Assembly: GCA_963977015.1 (NCBI GenBank)
Contig: CAXBMO010000004.1
Location: 128,001 to 192,000, forward strand
DNA from: an uncultured bacterium
GTDB taxonomy: Bacteria; Verrucomicrobiota; Verrucomicrobiia; Verrucomicrobiales; DEV007
DNA: 64,000 nucleotides
Direction of reading: 5' to 3'
The translations under genes were made by a program, and so were the position numbers. The first letter of the stretch is position 1. Every line of letters begins with the position of its first letter. Positions 36,486 to 46,808 of this stretch are shown in pieces. Under the pieces are notes generated by a model. It ran no database searches, was not told where the DNA came from, and saw nothing but the letters and a program-made list of their open reading frames with translations.

Positions 36486-38471
36486 TCATTCCAACGGCAT
36501 CAGGGCAAAAATGTGGGTTCGGGTAATCTGGACGTCAATGGCTCCCGTGACCTGCTCGGCCAAGTCGTTCGAAAGTGGCTGCAACGGAAGCAGGGCCCCG
36601 GGGGCCCCAAAAAGGCGCCAGGAACCATCCTTCAATCCAATTGCCAGGGTGCCGTGGAGTGCGCGAATCGCAACGACCCCGGACATCGACTCCAATTCGG
36701 GACAAATGTATACGGTCCGACTGCTATCCCTCACCCAAATCGTCCCATCGGCCCTCAGTGCGTAGTGTTGCAAGGATTCGGGCGAAACGACATCAACGAC
36801 ATTCTGAAGTTCCGCTAATTCCGCCGATTCGGTGCCCTCCCGGTCCGCTCCATGAACGGTGCCGTCTTCGAGAAGCAGCATACAAAACCTACCGTCATAG
36901 GCGATGTCGACCACGGTGTGGTTTTCACCGTCGATCAAAGTCGCCACCGAATTGGCAAGCTGGAATCTTCTGTCCCCGCTCACCTCGTAAAGTCCCCCGT
37001 TTCGCCAAAATGCGGCTTGCGCCCCTGAAGCGCTGTCGAAGCACGAAACATCGCTGATCACACTTGATTTGGGAGAAGTACGCACCACGGCCCCATCTTC
37101 CTTCAGAACATATCCGAAATGGGCCACAACAACCCTGACGGAGGCTACGCCCGAAAGGGTTTGAGGAAGCTCGAGGAGTCCCCAGGAAACGGCTTTGCCA
37201 TCGGGATAGACCGCCGCCCCGCTCCGGGCATTGACGTCCACGGAAAAACTGACCACGGCACCGAGATCAGCGGGGATTTCGGCGGCCTGGCCGACTTTTT
37301 CGACGATGCTCGGATCCAAACTCGACAGATCCACGCCGGGGCGGGGAATCGCGATAAGGCGGCCCGGAATGCTGGGCCGGACAAACTGTTGCATCGGTTC
37401 CGTTTTCACTGACGCCTTGGAACTGGGGCCATCGCGCACCCCGATCCCAATCACCAAAGCCAACGCGATCAATCCACCCACCCCCGCAAACCCAAGTCTC
37501 CCAATCCCACAGCATTGGGATTGACGCCAGACTTCCCGCAAATCGCTCGCCAGTTCCGCGGCGTCCTGGTAGCGCTTTTCCAGATCGTGCTCGGTGGCTT
37601 TGGAAACGATCGCGTCGATTTTCAAGCCCATTTTCGGGTGGTGCTTCGAAAGCAAATCCCACTTGCCGACTGGCGATTTTCCGGAAAGCAATTCGTAGAT
37701 CATCACCCCCATGGCGAAAATGTCAGCCCGGTGATCGACATTCGCGCTGCCCCGTTTCAAGGTTTCCGGTGCCAAATAACCGGCGGATCCCATCCGCGAA
37801 TCCGGCATGGTCAGCGTGCCGGAATGCGGGGCATTTTCCAGCTTCGCCAGCCCGAAGTCGGCAACTTTGGCGCGCCCTTCGGGGTCGATCAACACATTGC
37901 CGGGTTTCATGTCGCGATGAATCACCTTGCGGTCGTGGGCGTCGTGCAGCGCATCGCCAATCTGACCGATCCATTCGACAACGCGCCCGGGGCCGGGTTT
38001 TTCGGTCTCCATCAGCGTCGCCAGATCCGGACCATCGACGAATTCCATGACAAAATAGAGGTATTCGCCCGCCTCACCAAAATCGTGGATCGCCACAATG
38101 TTGGGATGCGAGAGTGAAGCCATGACCTCCGCTTCCTGGCGAAAACGCTGCGCAAACTCCGGATCGTCGCGCAAATCGGGCGCCAGCAGCTTGATGGCGA
38201 CTTCGCGATTCAGGCTCTCCTGGCGCGCCCGATAAACGGCCCCCATTCCACCAGCTTTGATCAAGCTGAAGTCCGAGTAACCCGGGAGCATTTGGTGGAC
38301 GGTTTCCGGGCTCGGCGCCTCAAATCCGCCCTCGAAATTTGAATCCGGTTGGGAAAGCAGGTTTCGCGTCGCCGCGGCAAGGCAATCTGGGCACACCCCC
38401 TGCGCCGCGCCTGAAACAATTGATTTCTGACACTTTTGACAGCGTTTGATGCTGCTTTCGACAGGATTCAT
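36486..38471 (-). CDS. membrane Ser/Thr protein kinase with N-terminal Zn ribbon and extracytoplasmic RCC1-like repeats
   Basis: CQKC...CPDC; GGMGAVY; VAIK; HRDMKPGN; DFGLAK; LAPE; TM helix; repeated LxxDGtV motifs. Confidence 0.92.
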   Translation of the reverse strand: MNPVESSIKRCQKCQKSIVSGAAQGVCPDCLAAATRNLLSQPDSNFEGGFEAPSPETVHQMLPGYSDFSLIKAGGMGAVYRARQESLNREVAIKLLAPDLRDDPEFAQRFRQEAEVMASLSHPNIVAIHDFGEAGEYLYFVMEFVDGPDLATLMETEKPGPGRVVEWIGQIGDALHDAHDRKVIHRDMKPGNVLIDPEGRAKVADFGLAKLENAPHSGTLTMPDSRMGSAGYLAPETLKRGSANVDHRADIFAMGVMIYELLSGKSPVGKWDLLSKHHPKMGLKIDAIVSKATEHDLEKRYQDAAELASDLREVWRQSQCCGIGRLGFAGVGGLIALALVIGIGVRDGPSSKASVKTEPMQQFVRPSIPGRLIAIPRPGVDLSSLDPSIVEKVGQAAEIPADLGAVVSFSVDVNARSGAAVYPDGKAVSWGLLELPQTLSGVASVRVVVAHFGYVLKEDGAVVRTSPKSSVISDVSCFDSASGAQAAFWRNGGLYEVSGDRRFQLANSVATLIDGENHTVVDIAYDGRFCMLLLEDGTVHGADREGTESAELAELQNVVDVVSPESLQHYALRADGTIWVRDSSRTVYICPELESMSGVVAIRALHGTLAIGLKDGSWRLFGAPGALLPLQPLSNDLAEQVTGAIDVQITRTHIFALMPLE

Positions 38472-38913
38472 GTGCGCACGGGAAAAACGATCCGCCCCAA
38501 AAAGCGGCGTCTTCTAACAGAATATGACGCCATTGCAAACCCACAACTCATCCAATTTCAGTCCAGCTTGAAATTGATGGGTTTTTCGGAATCCCCAGAA
38601 CCAGTTGGTATCTCTCCCAAAATCCTCGCGAAACAGAGACCTCACAGGACGTGAAATCCCGGCCCGATGATCCCCGGAACAAGGAACCGAGCCCGGGAAT
38701 TGTCCAGAAACGTCGCTGAAACCAACCGGAAAACGTAACCACAGGAAGTGAGAACACTTGCCCCTGACAAGGCAGGTTCCCCTCCTCCCTCGCCCCAAGG
38801 TTCGCTCTTTTAATTCCCGGACCGATGGTCGTTCGGGCGCGGTTGCGGGGCTGGAAGCAATCCCCTTTCAGTTCAACAAAAACCAGTTTCGGGAAAAAAT
38901 TCAGAAAGTTTTT

Positions 38914-39038
38914 ACCGACCGGTCGGTCTATGTCTGTGCGATTTGGAAATCGACGGTTCTCCCTCAATCGATTTCCGATTCCGGCCCAACGTTGAACAAG
39001 GGCGATGCGTTTCGCTCTCGCCCGGTCCGACCGGTCGG
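38914..39038. promoter_or_regulatory. two copies of a palindromic TetR-type operator
   Basis: ACCGACCGGTCGGT perfect palindrome (38914-38927) and CCGACCGGTCGG (39027-39038) upstream of the ahpD operon. Confidence 0.65.
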
Positions 39039-39109
39039 TTGATGTCGGTCGCCAATCCAACTTTCAGCAACCAAACAACACCAATACCTAACCTAACCAA
39101 ACAAATACC

Positions 39110-39664
39110 ATGAGTAGAATACCAACCATCGAATCCGCCAACGCTCCGCAGCCTGTCACCGCCCTCTACGAGGCCGTGCAGCAGAAGCTGGGGCTCGTCC
39201 CCAACATGGTCAAGGCCCTGGGCAACAGCGCCGCCAGTCTCCAGGGTTACCTCGGCCTGAGCGGTGCCGTTTCCAGCGGAATCCTCCGGCCCGTGACTCG
39301 CGAGAAAATCGCGCTCCGCGTGGCCGAGCTCAACGAATGCGACTACTGCCTCAGCGCTCACACCGCAATCGGGGGGCTTCTCAAGATTCCGGCCGATGAA
39401 CTGGTTGCCGCCCGCGCCGGTGATTCCGCCGACGCCAAGGAGCAAGCCATTCTCAACCTGGTCCAATCCGTTCTCGAAACCCGCGGGAATGTCCCAGATG
39501 CAGCCTACGAATCGGCGCAGGACGCGGGCGTCTCCCCGGAAGAGGCGACCGAGGTGGTAGCCCACGTGGCCCTGAACGTGTTCACCAACTACTTCAACCG
39601 CTTCGCCCAGACGGAGATCGACTTCCCGAAGGTCGAGTCCGGTCTCGCTGCGGCTGCTGCTTGA
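39110..39664 (+). CDS. AhpD/carboxymuconolactone decarboxylase family peroxidase-related enzyme
   Basis: [22 protein letters not shown] motif. Confidence 0.92.
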   Translation: MSRIPTIESANAPQPVTALYEAVQQKLGLVPNMVKALGNSAASLQGYLGLSGAVSSGILRPVTREKIALRVAELNECDYCLSAHTAIGGLLKIPADELVAARAGDSADAKEQAILNLVQSVLETRGNVPDAAYESAQDAGVSPEEATEVVAHVALNVFTNYFNRFAQTEIDFPKVESGLAAAAA

Positions 39665-39684
39665 ACGAGCCCCCACCCCAAAAC

Positions 39685-39715
39685 CGGCGGCGGAGGCGAG
39701 TTGCTTCCGCCGCCG
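39685..39715 (+). other. strong intercistronic hairpin (stabiliser or partial terminator)
   Basis: CGGCGGCGGAGGC-GAGTT-GCTTCCGCCGCCG, with no U-tract. Confidence 0.55.
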
Positions 39716-39737
39716 TGAGCCCCCCCAAAAAACGATC

Positions 39738-40157
39738 ATGAAAGCACCGACCCAACGTCCTCCGCTGCCGCCCTTTACCGAAGCGACAGCCCGGGAAAAG
39801 GTTCAACTGGCCGAAGACGCCTGGAATTCGCGGGATCCCGAACGGGTCGCCCTGGCCTACACCGAGGATTCCGAGTGGCGCAATCGGGCCGAATTCGTCC
39901 ACGGACGCGAGGAGATCGTGGAGTTCCTCCGCCGCAAATGGGACCGCGAACTGGACTACAAGCTGAAAAAAAGCCTCTGGGCGTTCAGCGACAACCGCAT
40001 CGCAGTTCGCTTTGAATACGAGTGGCACGACGACTCCGGGCAGTGGTTTCGCTCCCACGGCAACGAGAACTGGGAGTTCGACGAAACCGGGCACATGACG
40101 CGGCGATATGCCTCGATCAACGACCAGCCCATCACCGCCGCAGAGCGCCGCCTCTGA
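39738..40157 (+). CDS. DUF1348 / SnoaL-like NTF2 family protein
   Basis: PPLPPF...[34 protein letters not shown]. Confidence 0.92.
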   Translation: MKAPTQRPPLPPFTEATAREKVQLAEDAWNSRDPERVALAYTEDSEWRNRAEFVHGREEIVEFLRRKWDRELDYKLKKSLWAFSDNRIAVRFEYEWHDDSGQWFRSHGNENWEFDETGHMTRRYASINDQPITAAERRL

Positions 40158-40210
40158 TCCTTTCGTTACTCCTAACTTTAATTCTAACCTTAATCTCAAC
40201 ACCTACCGCA

Positions 40211-40669
40211 ATGAATCCATCCCATACCATCGACCTGACCCGGCGCGCCCCTCGGAGTCCGCGCGTTCGCCTCGGCGGCTTTGCCCATCTTCCCCGCTTG
40301 CTCGACAAGGCCCGGGCTTCCCTCGCCGGCACGCTCGGGGTCTACGTTTACGGCGAAGAAAGCCTGCTCGACACCGAGTTCTTCCGTTTCACCGGCCTTA
40401 CTCCCGAAGCCTTGCTCGACAAGGTCGGAGAAGGCGGCGGCGACCTGGAAATCCTCGAGTGGGTCACGGCCCAGACGGAACACCCGCTGCTCCCACACCA
40501 AATCCAGAGCTGGAGCACGTGGATCGAATCCGTGCCGGGCCTGAGCGCTGAAGCCCGTGCCTGGTTCGCTGAATTCTCCAGCTCCCTCTCCCCTCCCCGT
40601 CCCGATGTCGGCACGCTCTTCGAGTATCTCGATCTCGACGACCATGTGCGATTCGGCGGGCGCCCCTGA
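40211..40669 (+). CDS. DUF5069 family protein
   Basis: DLTRRAPRSPRVRLGGFAHLPRLLDKARA; TLFEYLDLDD; start ATG 40211. Confidence 0.85.
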   Translation: MNPSHTIDLTRRAPRSPRVRLGGFAHLPRLLDKARASLAGTLGVYVYGEESLLDTEFFRFTGLTPEALLDKVGEGGGDLEILEWVTAQTEHPLLPHQIQSWSTWIESVPGLSAEARAWFAEFSSSLSPPRPDVGTLFEYLDLDDHVRFGGRP

Positions 40670-40717
40670 AACCACCAAACCAACCAATCTGAATCCTAAC
40701 CAAACTAAAAACAAAAC

Positions 40718-41182
40718 ATGAAAAATACCGTCACGATTAATTGGTCCAAAGCCGTCCTCGCCGGCGTCATTGGAACCGTCCTCTTCGACCTCGTCGGTCT
40801 GCTTCTGGCGGGCACCTGGTGGGACATCCCCGGCGTCCTGGCCAAAGCGATCGGCCTGCCCTTCCCAGTCGCCTTGCTGATGCACTACGGCAACGGTGTC
40901 GCCCTGGCCTCCATCTACGCGGCCCTGGCGCCGTCGCTCTTCGGCCCCGGCTGGGTCCGCGCTATCATCTTCACCACGCTGGAAACCATCATGCTGGTCT
41001 GGTTCCTCCTCTTCCCCCTGCTTGGACTGGGAATCGCCGGCCTGGAGGGAGGCGTCCTCTTCCCGATCCTCTCGATGACCCGCCACTGGGCCTACGCCAT
41101 CCCGCTGGCCTACTTCTTCCGGGTCAGCAAGGAGGAAACCGCAACGGACGATCTTGAAATGCCCCAAGCCGCTGCCGGATAA
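40718..41182 (+). CDS. small multi-pass membrane protein
   Basis: About four hydrophobic helices with His residues (MHYGNG, RHWAY); last gene of the operon. Confidence 0.8.
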   Translation: MKNTVTINWSKAVLAGVIGTVLFDLVGLLLAGTWWDIPGVLAKAIGLPFPVALLMHYGNGVALASIYAALAPSLFGPGWVRAIIFTTLETIMLVWFLLFPLLGLGIAGLEGGVLFPILSMTRHWAYAIPLAYFFRVSKEETATDDLEMPQAAAG

Positions 41183-41231
41183 CTTTCCCCTGACCAAAAA
41201 CCCCAAAAACCCCTCGGAAAAACCCCAAATC

Positions 41232-41266
41232 GCCGCACGGGCCTCGCTGGCTCGTGCGGCTTCATT
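41232..41266 (+). terminator. intrinsic terminator candidate
   Basis: GCCGCACGGGCC-TCGCT-GGCTCGTGCGGC followed by TTCATT. Confidence 0.55.
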
Positions 41267-41375
41267 CGTTCCAGGCTGCTGGAATGTTTCACGGAGTCGC
41301 CGAGAAACTCGAGATAGCGCTTCAAATTAAGGCGATACCAGTTGATGTGGGCCGACTGCACGTTTCCTTACGCGG

Positions 41376-42656
41376 ATGAATCGACGCTCACTCCTCCAGA
41401 CTTCAGGCCTGGCTGGCCTCGGCCTTGCCCTTCAATCTTCTCTGTCCGCAGCCGAATCCAAACGCCCCCCGCGTATTCTGCTTCGTTCCTCCTGGCAGAC
41501 GGTCAACATCGGCGATATCGCACACACTCCGGGCGTCCTCAGCATCCTGCGCCAGCATCTGCCCGAGGCGGAAATCACCCTTTGGCCTTCAAATGTCGAC
41601 AACGGCGTCCAGGAATTGCTCCTCAAGGAATTTCCCAAGCTCAAGATCGCCAAATCCCGAAGCGAAGACCTGAAACGCGCGTTTGAGGAGTGCGATTTCC
41701 TCCTCCACGGATCGGGCGCTTCGATCGTGGCCGAGCGCGATTTGATTCGTTGGCGCGAGGAGACCGGCAAGCCCTACGGAATCTACGGGATCACGTTCCC
41801 CATGAAAAAGTCGTCGGCCACAACCTCACGGACGGAAGACGCGATGGCGCGTTCGGTCGAGGTTTTGAGCCAGGCGCAATTCGTTTTTTTCCGAGACAGC
41901 AAGTCGCTCGAACTGGCGAAATCATTGGGTGCGAAGTCGCCGGTCATGGAGTTCGGCCCCGACGGAGCGTTCGCCTGCGATCTGCGCGACGCGGAAAAGG
42001 CCGAGACCTTCCTCACCGCAAACGGGTTGGAGGACGGCAAGTTCCTCTGCTGTATCCCGCGACTCCGCTACACACCCTATTGGCTGATCAAGGAGGGCCG
42101 GAAACTCGACGAGGTAAAGCACGCCCGGAATGAGGAGATGAAGGAGCACGATCACGCCCCGTTGCGCGAGGCGATTGTCGAGATCGTGAAGCAGACCGAT
42201 CTGAAAGTGTTGGTTTGCCCCGAGGACCGCACCCACATGGCCGTCGGCAAGGAGATGCTGATCGATAAACTGCCCGCCGACATCCTCAAACGCGTCGTCT
42301 GGCGCCCCAATTACTGGCTCACGGGCGAGGCTGTCAGCGTTTACGTCCGCAGCGCTGGGCTCTTCGGCAACGAGATGCATTCGCCCATCATGTGCATCGG
42401 CCACGGCGTGCCCGCAATCGTCTGCCGCTTTGCCGAACAAACGAGCAAGGGCCTGATGTGGGAAGACATCGGCCTCGGCGACTGGCTCTTTGATCACGAT
42501 TCTCCCGAGGATCAGGCGCGAATTGTGCCGACCGTTTTGGAAATGGCCCAAAAACCAGAAACTGCGCGGAAACAGGCTGCGCTGGCCCGTCAATTTGTGG
42601 AAACGCGACAAAAGGAAACGATGGTCGTCTTGCGCCGGGAATTTGAGGAGGCGTGA
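41376..42656 (+). CDS. Tat-exported polysaccharide pyruvyl transferase family protein
   Basis: NRRSLL Tat signal; NIGDIAH; FFRDSKS; GPDGAF; EMHSPI. Confidence 0.82.
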   Translation: MNRRSLLQTSGLAGLGLALQSSLSAAESKRPPRILLRSSWQTVNIGDIAHTPGVLSILRQHLPEAEITLWPSNVDNGVQELLLKEFPKLKIAKSRSEDLKRAFEECDFLLHGSGASIVAERDLIRWREETGKPYGIYGITFPMKKSSATTSRTEDAMARSVEVLSQAQFVFFRDSKSLELAKSLGAKSPVMEFGPDGAFACDLRDAEKAETFLTANGLEDGKFLCCIPRLRYTPYWLIKEGRKLDEVKHARNEEMKEHDHAPLREAIVEIVKQTDLKVLVCPEDRTHMAVGKEMLIDKLPADILKRVVWRPNYWLTGEAVSVYVRSAGLFGNEMHSPIMCIGHGVPAIVCRFAEQTSKGLMWEDIGLGDWLFDHDSPEDQARIVPTVLEMAQKPETARKQAALARQFVETRQKETMVVLRREFEEA

Positions 42657-42719
42657 CCACCGACTGATTGACATTTTTTCGTCAGATTTCCCGGTAAAAG
42701 GGAGTCCCTTTTTAGAGAA

Positions 42720-43262
42720 GTGCCCGATTCCGAAGACAGCCACGAACGATTTATCACGCTGCTGACCAAGCATGAGCGGGTGATTCGAGCCTCGATCTGC
42801 GCCGTGATTCGGCGCTCCGAGGATGTGGATGAGATCATGCAAAACGTCAGCCTCGTCGCCTGGCGAAAGTTTGAGACGCTGACCGAGCCGGAAGGGTTCG
42901 CGAAATGGGCCTGCGTCATCGCCCGTTACGAAGTCCTCGCGTTTCAGCGCGACAAAGCCCGGAACCGTTTTGAGCTGGACGAAAAACTGATCGAGAAAAT
43001 TACCGCCGAAGCGGCGAACGAAATCCCGCATTTGAATCGTCGGCTTTACCTGTTGGACAGTTGTCTGCAAAAGCTTCCGGACGAGCGTCGCCGCCTCGTG
43101 CTCCAAGCCTATGAGCCGGGCTGCAAAACGGCTGATCTGGCCGGAAAACTGGGCAAAACCGCGAATGGACTTTACCAGCTCCTGCGACGCATCCGCCTGG
43201 ATTTGAAGCAATGCGTCGAACGGGAATTGACGCTGGAAACCGGCGAAGGAGGCGCGTGTTAG
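42720..43262 (+). CDS. ECF sigma-70 factor (Rhodopirellula/Verrucomicrobium type)
   Basis: DVDEIMQNV, WRKF, FAKWACVIARY, CLQKLP, YQLLRRIR. Confidence 0.9.
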   Translation: MPDSEDSHERFITLLTKHERVIRASICAVIRRSEDVDEIMQNVSLVAWRKFETLTEPEGFAKWACVIARYEVLAFQRDKARNRFELDEKLIEKITAEAANEIPHLNRRLYLLDSCLQKLPDERRRLVLQAYEPGCKTADLAGKLGKTANGLYQLLRRIRLDLKQCVERELTLETGEGGAC

Positions 43263-43266
43263 CCGG

Positions 43267-44862
43267 ATGATCACCCGCGAGGACCAACAAATGCTCGATG
43301 CCTGGCGGCACGATCGAATTTCGGAAGCGGACTTCGCTCTGCTTCACGCACGTCTCGAGGAAAGCGCGGAATTGCGGGCAGAGCTCCGGGCGTTGGCCGC
43401 GGTCGAGACCGGTCTCACGGCATTGGCCGAACCCGGTTTGACCCTGCTGGCTGATCTTCCGCCCTCCAAACTGGATCCGTCCCGGAAAAAGCCTTTGCGC
43501 GAGCAAGTCTGGCTGCCCTGGACGGTCGCGGGTATTGCCGCGGCGCTGGCGCTGTTTCTCGGGATCCGTCCGGTTTCCACGCATTCACCGGGCGATGCCC
43601 CCGCCGGGGGACCGGCTTATACGGCCTTGCTGGTTGATGAAGCCGGGGCCGTATTTGCCCGGCATCGCGATGCAGGCGAGGTGGGATTCGGTCCCGGAGA
43701 TTACGAGTTGAAAGCCGGAACAGCCCATCTTCGCTACGCCAACGGAGCGGACCTGGTGGTTCAAGGGCCGGCCAGGTTTTCGATTGATAACGTGAAGCAC
43801 ACCTTGCTCGAATCCGGCCGCGTCAGGGCGGTCGTGCCTCCCCCGGCCCGCGGGTTCACCATCGAAACGCCTCAACTGCAATTTGAGGACGTGGGCACAG
43901 AGTTTGCCCTGAGCGTCGATCCCGGTTTGGGAGAAAGCGGCATGCAGGTTCTGGATGGTCAGGTCAACCTTCGCCGCAAAAGCGATTCAAGCCTGTTGCA
44001 GGAAGTCTTCAGTGGCGAATGGGTGCGGTATCGGGAGGACTTTGTCGAGAATGCTGCGGCCTTGGATTTGTCCCTCTTTCCCTCGCCCGGCTACATCGGT
44101 TATCTGCGTTGGAGACAGGAACGCAACACCATCCTGGAGGATCCAAGTGTCATCGCCTGGTTCCCGTTCTCGCGGGAAACGAACCGGTCCGTCCTGACCA
44201 ACGGGCAACGTCGATACGGAGTTCCCGACGGCCGAATCGCGGGCGCCCGATGGGTTTCCGGCCGCTGGCCGGGCAAGGAGGCGCTCCTGTTCGACCGGGA
44301 GAGCGATTTCGTTCAACTGGAGATTCCCGGCGAGTTTCAGGAGTTAACCATCGCCGTTTGGCTCAAGGTGGATCGCTACGATCAAGGGATGAACGCCGTT
44401 CTCAATTCCAACGGAGAGGATCCCGGCGACGTCCACCTTCAGCTAACGCGCCACGGATTGCCGCGCGGCGGGATCATGGCCGTCGAACGCCCGGTTTATG
44501 AGTGGGTCGGCAATCCCGTTCCGGTCGCCAAATGGACGCATGTGACGCAGGTGATCTCGATTCCGGAGCGCCGGCATGACATCTATGTGAACGGCGAATT
44601 GGTGACCAAAACCACCCTGGCTCCGCAACACCATGTCGCGATTCGCCCGGGGTATTGCCGCTTGGGCAACTGGCTGAAATCGGCCGCCTACCGGAACCAA
44701 CCGGACCGCGAATTTCACGGCCGGATCGATGAGGTGACGGTTTGGAACCGCAGTCTGGGCGAATTGGAGATCGGGGCGCTGATGGAACGCGGCCGGCCAA
44801 GCCTGCTGTGGGATCCGGAGAATCCACCCATGACGGGTCCCAAGCCGGTGCTGGAAAACTGA
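43267..44862 (+). CDS. FecR-like anti-sigma factor with C-terminal LamG domain
   Basis: TM helix; GFTIETP...DVGTEF; GRWPGK; TIAVW; GRIDEVTVWNRSL; adjacent to ECF sigma. Confidence 0.88.
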   Translation: MITREDQQMLDAWRHDRISEADFALLHARLEESAELRAELRALAAVETGLTALAEPGLTLLADLPPSKLDPSRKKPLREQVWLPWTVAGIAAALALFLGIRPVSTHSPGDAPAGGPAYTALLVDEAGAVFARHRDAGEVGFGPGDYELKAGTAHLRYANGADLVVQGPARFSIDNVKHTLLESGRVRAVVPPPARGFTIETPQLQFEDVGTEFALSVDPGLGESGMQVLDGQVNLRRKSDSSLLQEVFSGEWVRYREDFVENAAALDLSLFPSPGYIGYLRWRQERNTILEDPSVIAWFPFSRETNRSVLTNGQRRYGVPDGRIAGARWVSGRWPGKEALLFDRESDFVQLEIPGEFQELTIAVWLKVDRYDQGMNAVLNSNGEDPGDVHLQLTRHGLPRGGIMAVERPVYEWVGNPVPVAKWTHVTQVISIPERRHDIYVNGELVTKTTLAPQHHVAIRPGYCRLGNWLKSAAYRNQPDREFHGRIDEVTVWNRSLGELEIGALMERGRPSLLWDPENPPMTGPKPVLEN

Positions 44863-44917
44863 TTCACTTTTGACGCCTTTGTGCGCGATCGCGACATTCA
44901 CCCGGGCCCGGGATCTC

Positions 44918-45109
44918 TCAGCGTGAAGTGAGGCTCAGCCCATGCATCCGCCGTGCGGCGACTTCGCTGCCATGCGGAACTTCCGAATAGAGCTTCAGCC
45001 AGTGACGGAGGGTCTTGGGAGACTCGGTTTGAGTGCGCCGCTCGGGATGAGATATCGACGCCAACCGAGGCGTCCGCGAGCGGGGTTCAGGATGGAAAGT
45101 AGCATTCAT
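44918..45109 (-). CDS. small hypothetical protein divergent from the MocR regulator
   Basis: 63-aa ORF MNATFH... starting just beyond the operator repeats; no recognisable domain. Confidence 0.35.
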   Translation of the reverse strand: MNATFHPEPRSRTPRLASISHPERRTQTESPKTLRHWLKLYSEVPHGSEVAARRMHGLSLTSR

Positions 45110-45146
45110 TTTCACGTGTGGAAGTTGTGTCAGGTTGGACGACCAG

Positions 45147-45232
45147 AACAGACACAGAATTAACAATTGTTATCCAGTACAGATGATATAAATCATCTGT
45201 ACTGCATTAGATTCCCGCCATCTGTATCTGTT
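45147..45232. promoter_or_regulatory. nested inverted repeats, probable MocR operator
   Basis: Perfect CAGTACAGATGAT-ataa-ATCATCTGTACTG (45175-45204) inside AACAGACACAGA / TCTGTATCTGTT (45147-45158, 45221-45232). Confidence 0.7.
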
Positions 45233-45264
45233 GGATACCTTTCCAAGGCAGAACTTACCCAGCC

Positions 45265-46707
45265 ATGATCGACAAAAAGTCTTCCAAGCCGCTCTATCAC
45301 CAGGTCGCCGATAACCTGGAAGGCCTCATTGACGGCGGCACCTTTCGACCCGGCGAAAAAATTCCCTCCGTCCGGCAGCTCAGTCAGGATCACCGAATCA
45401 GCATTTCCACGGTCATGGAAGCCTATAGTCTTTTGGAAGACCGGGGCCGGGTTCAGGGACGGCGGCGATCCGGCTATTTCGTGCTTCCCCAAATGCCGGG
45501 CAACCGGCGCGACCGCATGCCCACCGCCGCGCGTCACCGCAACCGGCCCGTGGAGCTCTCGTGCTCGGCGATCCAGGAAGCGGTGATGGCCGCGATCGAG
45601 CAACCCGAGATCATTCCCTTCGGCGCCGCCACGCCCGGGGACGACGCCTGCCCGCATCACCGGCTCGCCTCCATCAGTCACGCGATGGCGCGCAAACACG
45701 GGCCGGCCGCGTTCCGCTACACCATGGTTCCGGGCCGGAAGGACCTGCGCACCCAGATCGCCAAGCGCAACCTGATTGCGGGCGTCGAGATGAAGCCGTC
45801 CGACATCATCACCACCACCGGCGCCATCGAAGCTGTCGGCCTGGCCCTTCGGGCGGTGGCGGAGCCCGGTGACCTCATCGTGGTGGAGACGCCCACCTAC
45901 TTCGGCCTGCTGGATCTCGTGCAAAAACTTGGTCTGCGAACCATCGAAACACCGCTCAATCCGGAAACCGGGATCGATCTCGACGCTCTCGCGGAAACGC
46001 TGAAATCGCATCGCGTCGCCGCCTGCCTCATTCAGCCGGACTTTCAGAACCCGATGGGAAGCCTGATGCCGGACGACCACAAGCAGAAGCTGGTATCGAT
46101 GTGCGCCGAAGCCGGGGTCGCCATTGTCGCTGACGAAATTTATTCGGAACTGCACTTTGGAGACAAGCGCTCGCCCTCGCTCAAGGCGTTCGACGAAGAC
46201 GGCATCGTCCTCCAGTGCTCCAGCTTCACCAAATGCCTGTCGCCCGGCCTTCGCGTCGGCTGGATCGCTCCCGGCCGGTATTACGACGCTGTCAAAAAGC
46301 TGAAAACCTCACTCTCGACCGCCAGTTGCACCCTCTCGGAAATGACAGCGGCGGAATTTCTCAACAGTGGTGGATTCGACCGCCAACTTCGCCGCGTTCG
46401 GGCGCTCTTCTTCAGCCAGGTTCAGCAAATTCGTCAGGCGATCTTCGATGCGTTTCCGGAGGGAACCCGCGTTTCCGCGCCCCAGGGCGGGTTCATCCTC
46501 TGGTCGGAGCTGCCCGCCGGTGTCGATGCCGAGAAACTCGCCGTCGATGCCCTGTCCGAAAATATTTCCGTCGTCCCGGGAAGTCTTTGTTCGGCAACCT
46601 GTCAGTTCCGGAACGCGATTCGGATCAACTGCGGCCACGCCTGGACCAGCCGGATGGAGCAAGCCCTCGGCGTCCTCGGTCACCTCGCCAGTCGCCAACT
46701 GCGTTGA
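45265..46707 (+). CDS. MocR/GabR-family PLP-dependent transcriptional regulator
   Basis: GntR wHTH (PLYHQVA...PSVRQL...GYFV) plus aminotransferase domain (FQNPMG, DEIY, SFTKCLSPGLRVGW). Confidence 0.94.
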   Translation: MIDKKSSKPLYHQVADNLEGLIDGGTFRPGEKIPSVRQLSQDHRISISTVMEAYSLLEDRGRVQGRRRSGYFVLPQMPGNRRDRMPTAARHRNRPVELSCSAIQEAVMAAIEQPEIIPFGAATPGDDACPHHRLASISHAMARKHGPAAFRYTMVPGRKDLRTQIAKRNLIAGVEMKPSDIITTTGAIEAVGLALRAVAEPGDLIVVETPTYFGLLDLVQKLGLRTIETPLNPETGIDLDALAETLKSHRVAACLIQPDFQNPMGSLMPDDHKQKLVSMCAEAGVAIVADEIYSELHFGDKRSPSLKAFDEDGIVLQCSSFTKCLSPGLRVGWIAPGRYYDAVKKLKTSLSTASCTLSEMTAAEFLNSGGFDRQLRRVRALFFSQVQQIRQAIFDAFPEGTRVSAPQGGFILWSELPAGVDAEKLAVDALSENISVVPGSLCSATCQFRNAIRINCGHAWTSRMEQALGVLGHLASRQLR

Positions 46708-46808
46708 ACGTGACTCGCCGCATTGATTCAAACCCGGAATTCCGTTTCGGAAATCGCGGCATTGCTGTGCTAGGAATAACCCTGACCCCGAAAACCCTCG
46801 TGATTCCG

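Noticed and set aside
38480-38900. Long intergenic region as an ncRNA or riboswitch
   Set aside because: No recognisable conserved RNA motif by eye; an Rfam/Infernal scan would be needed
46215-46808. N-terminal extension of the 1454-aa ORF
   Set aside because: Overlaps the MocR gene; the signal peptide begins at ATG 46809
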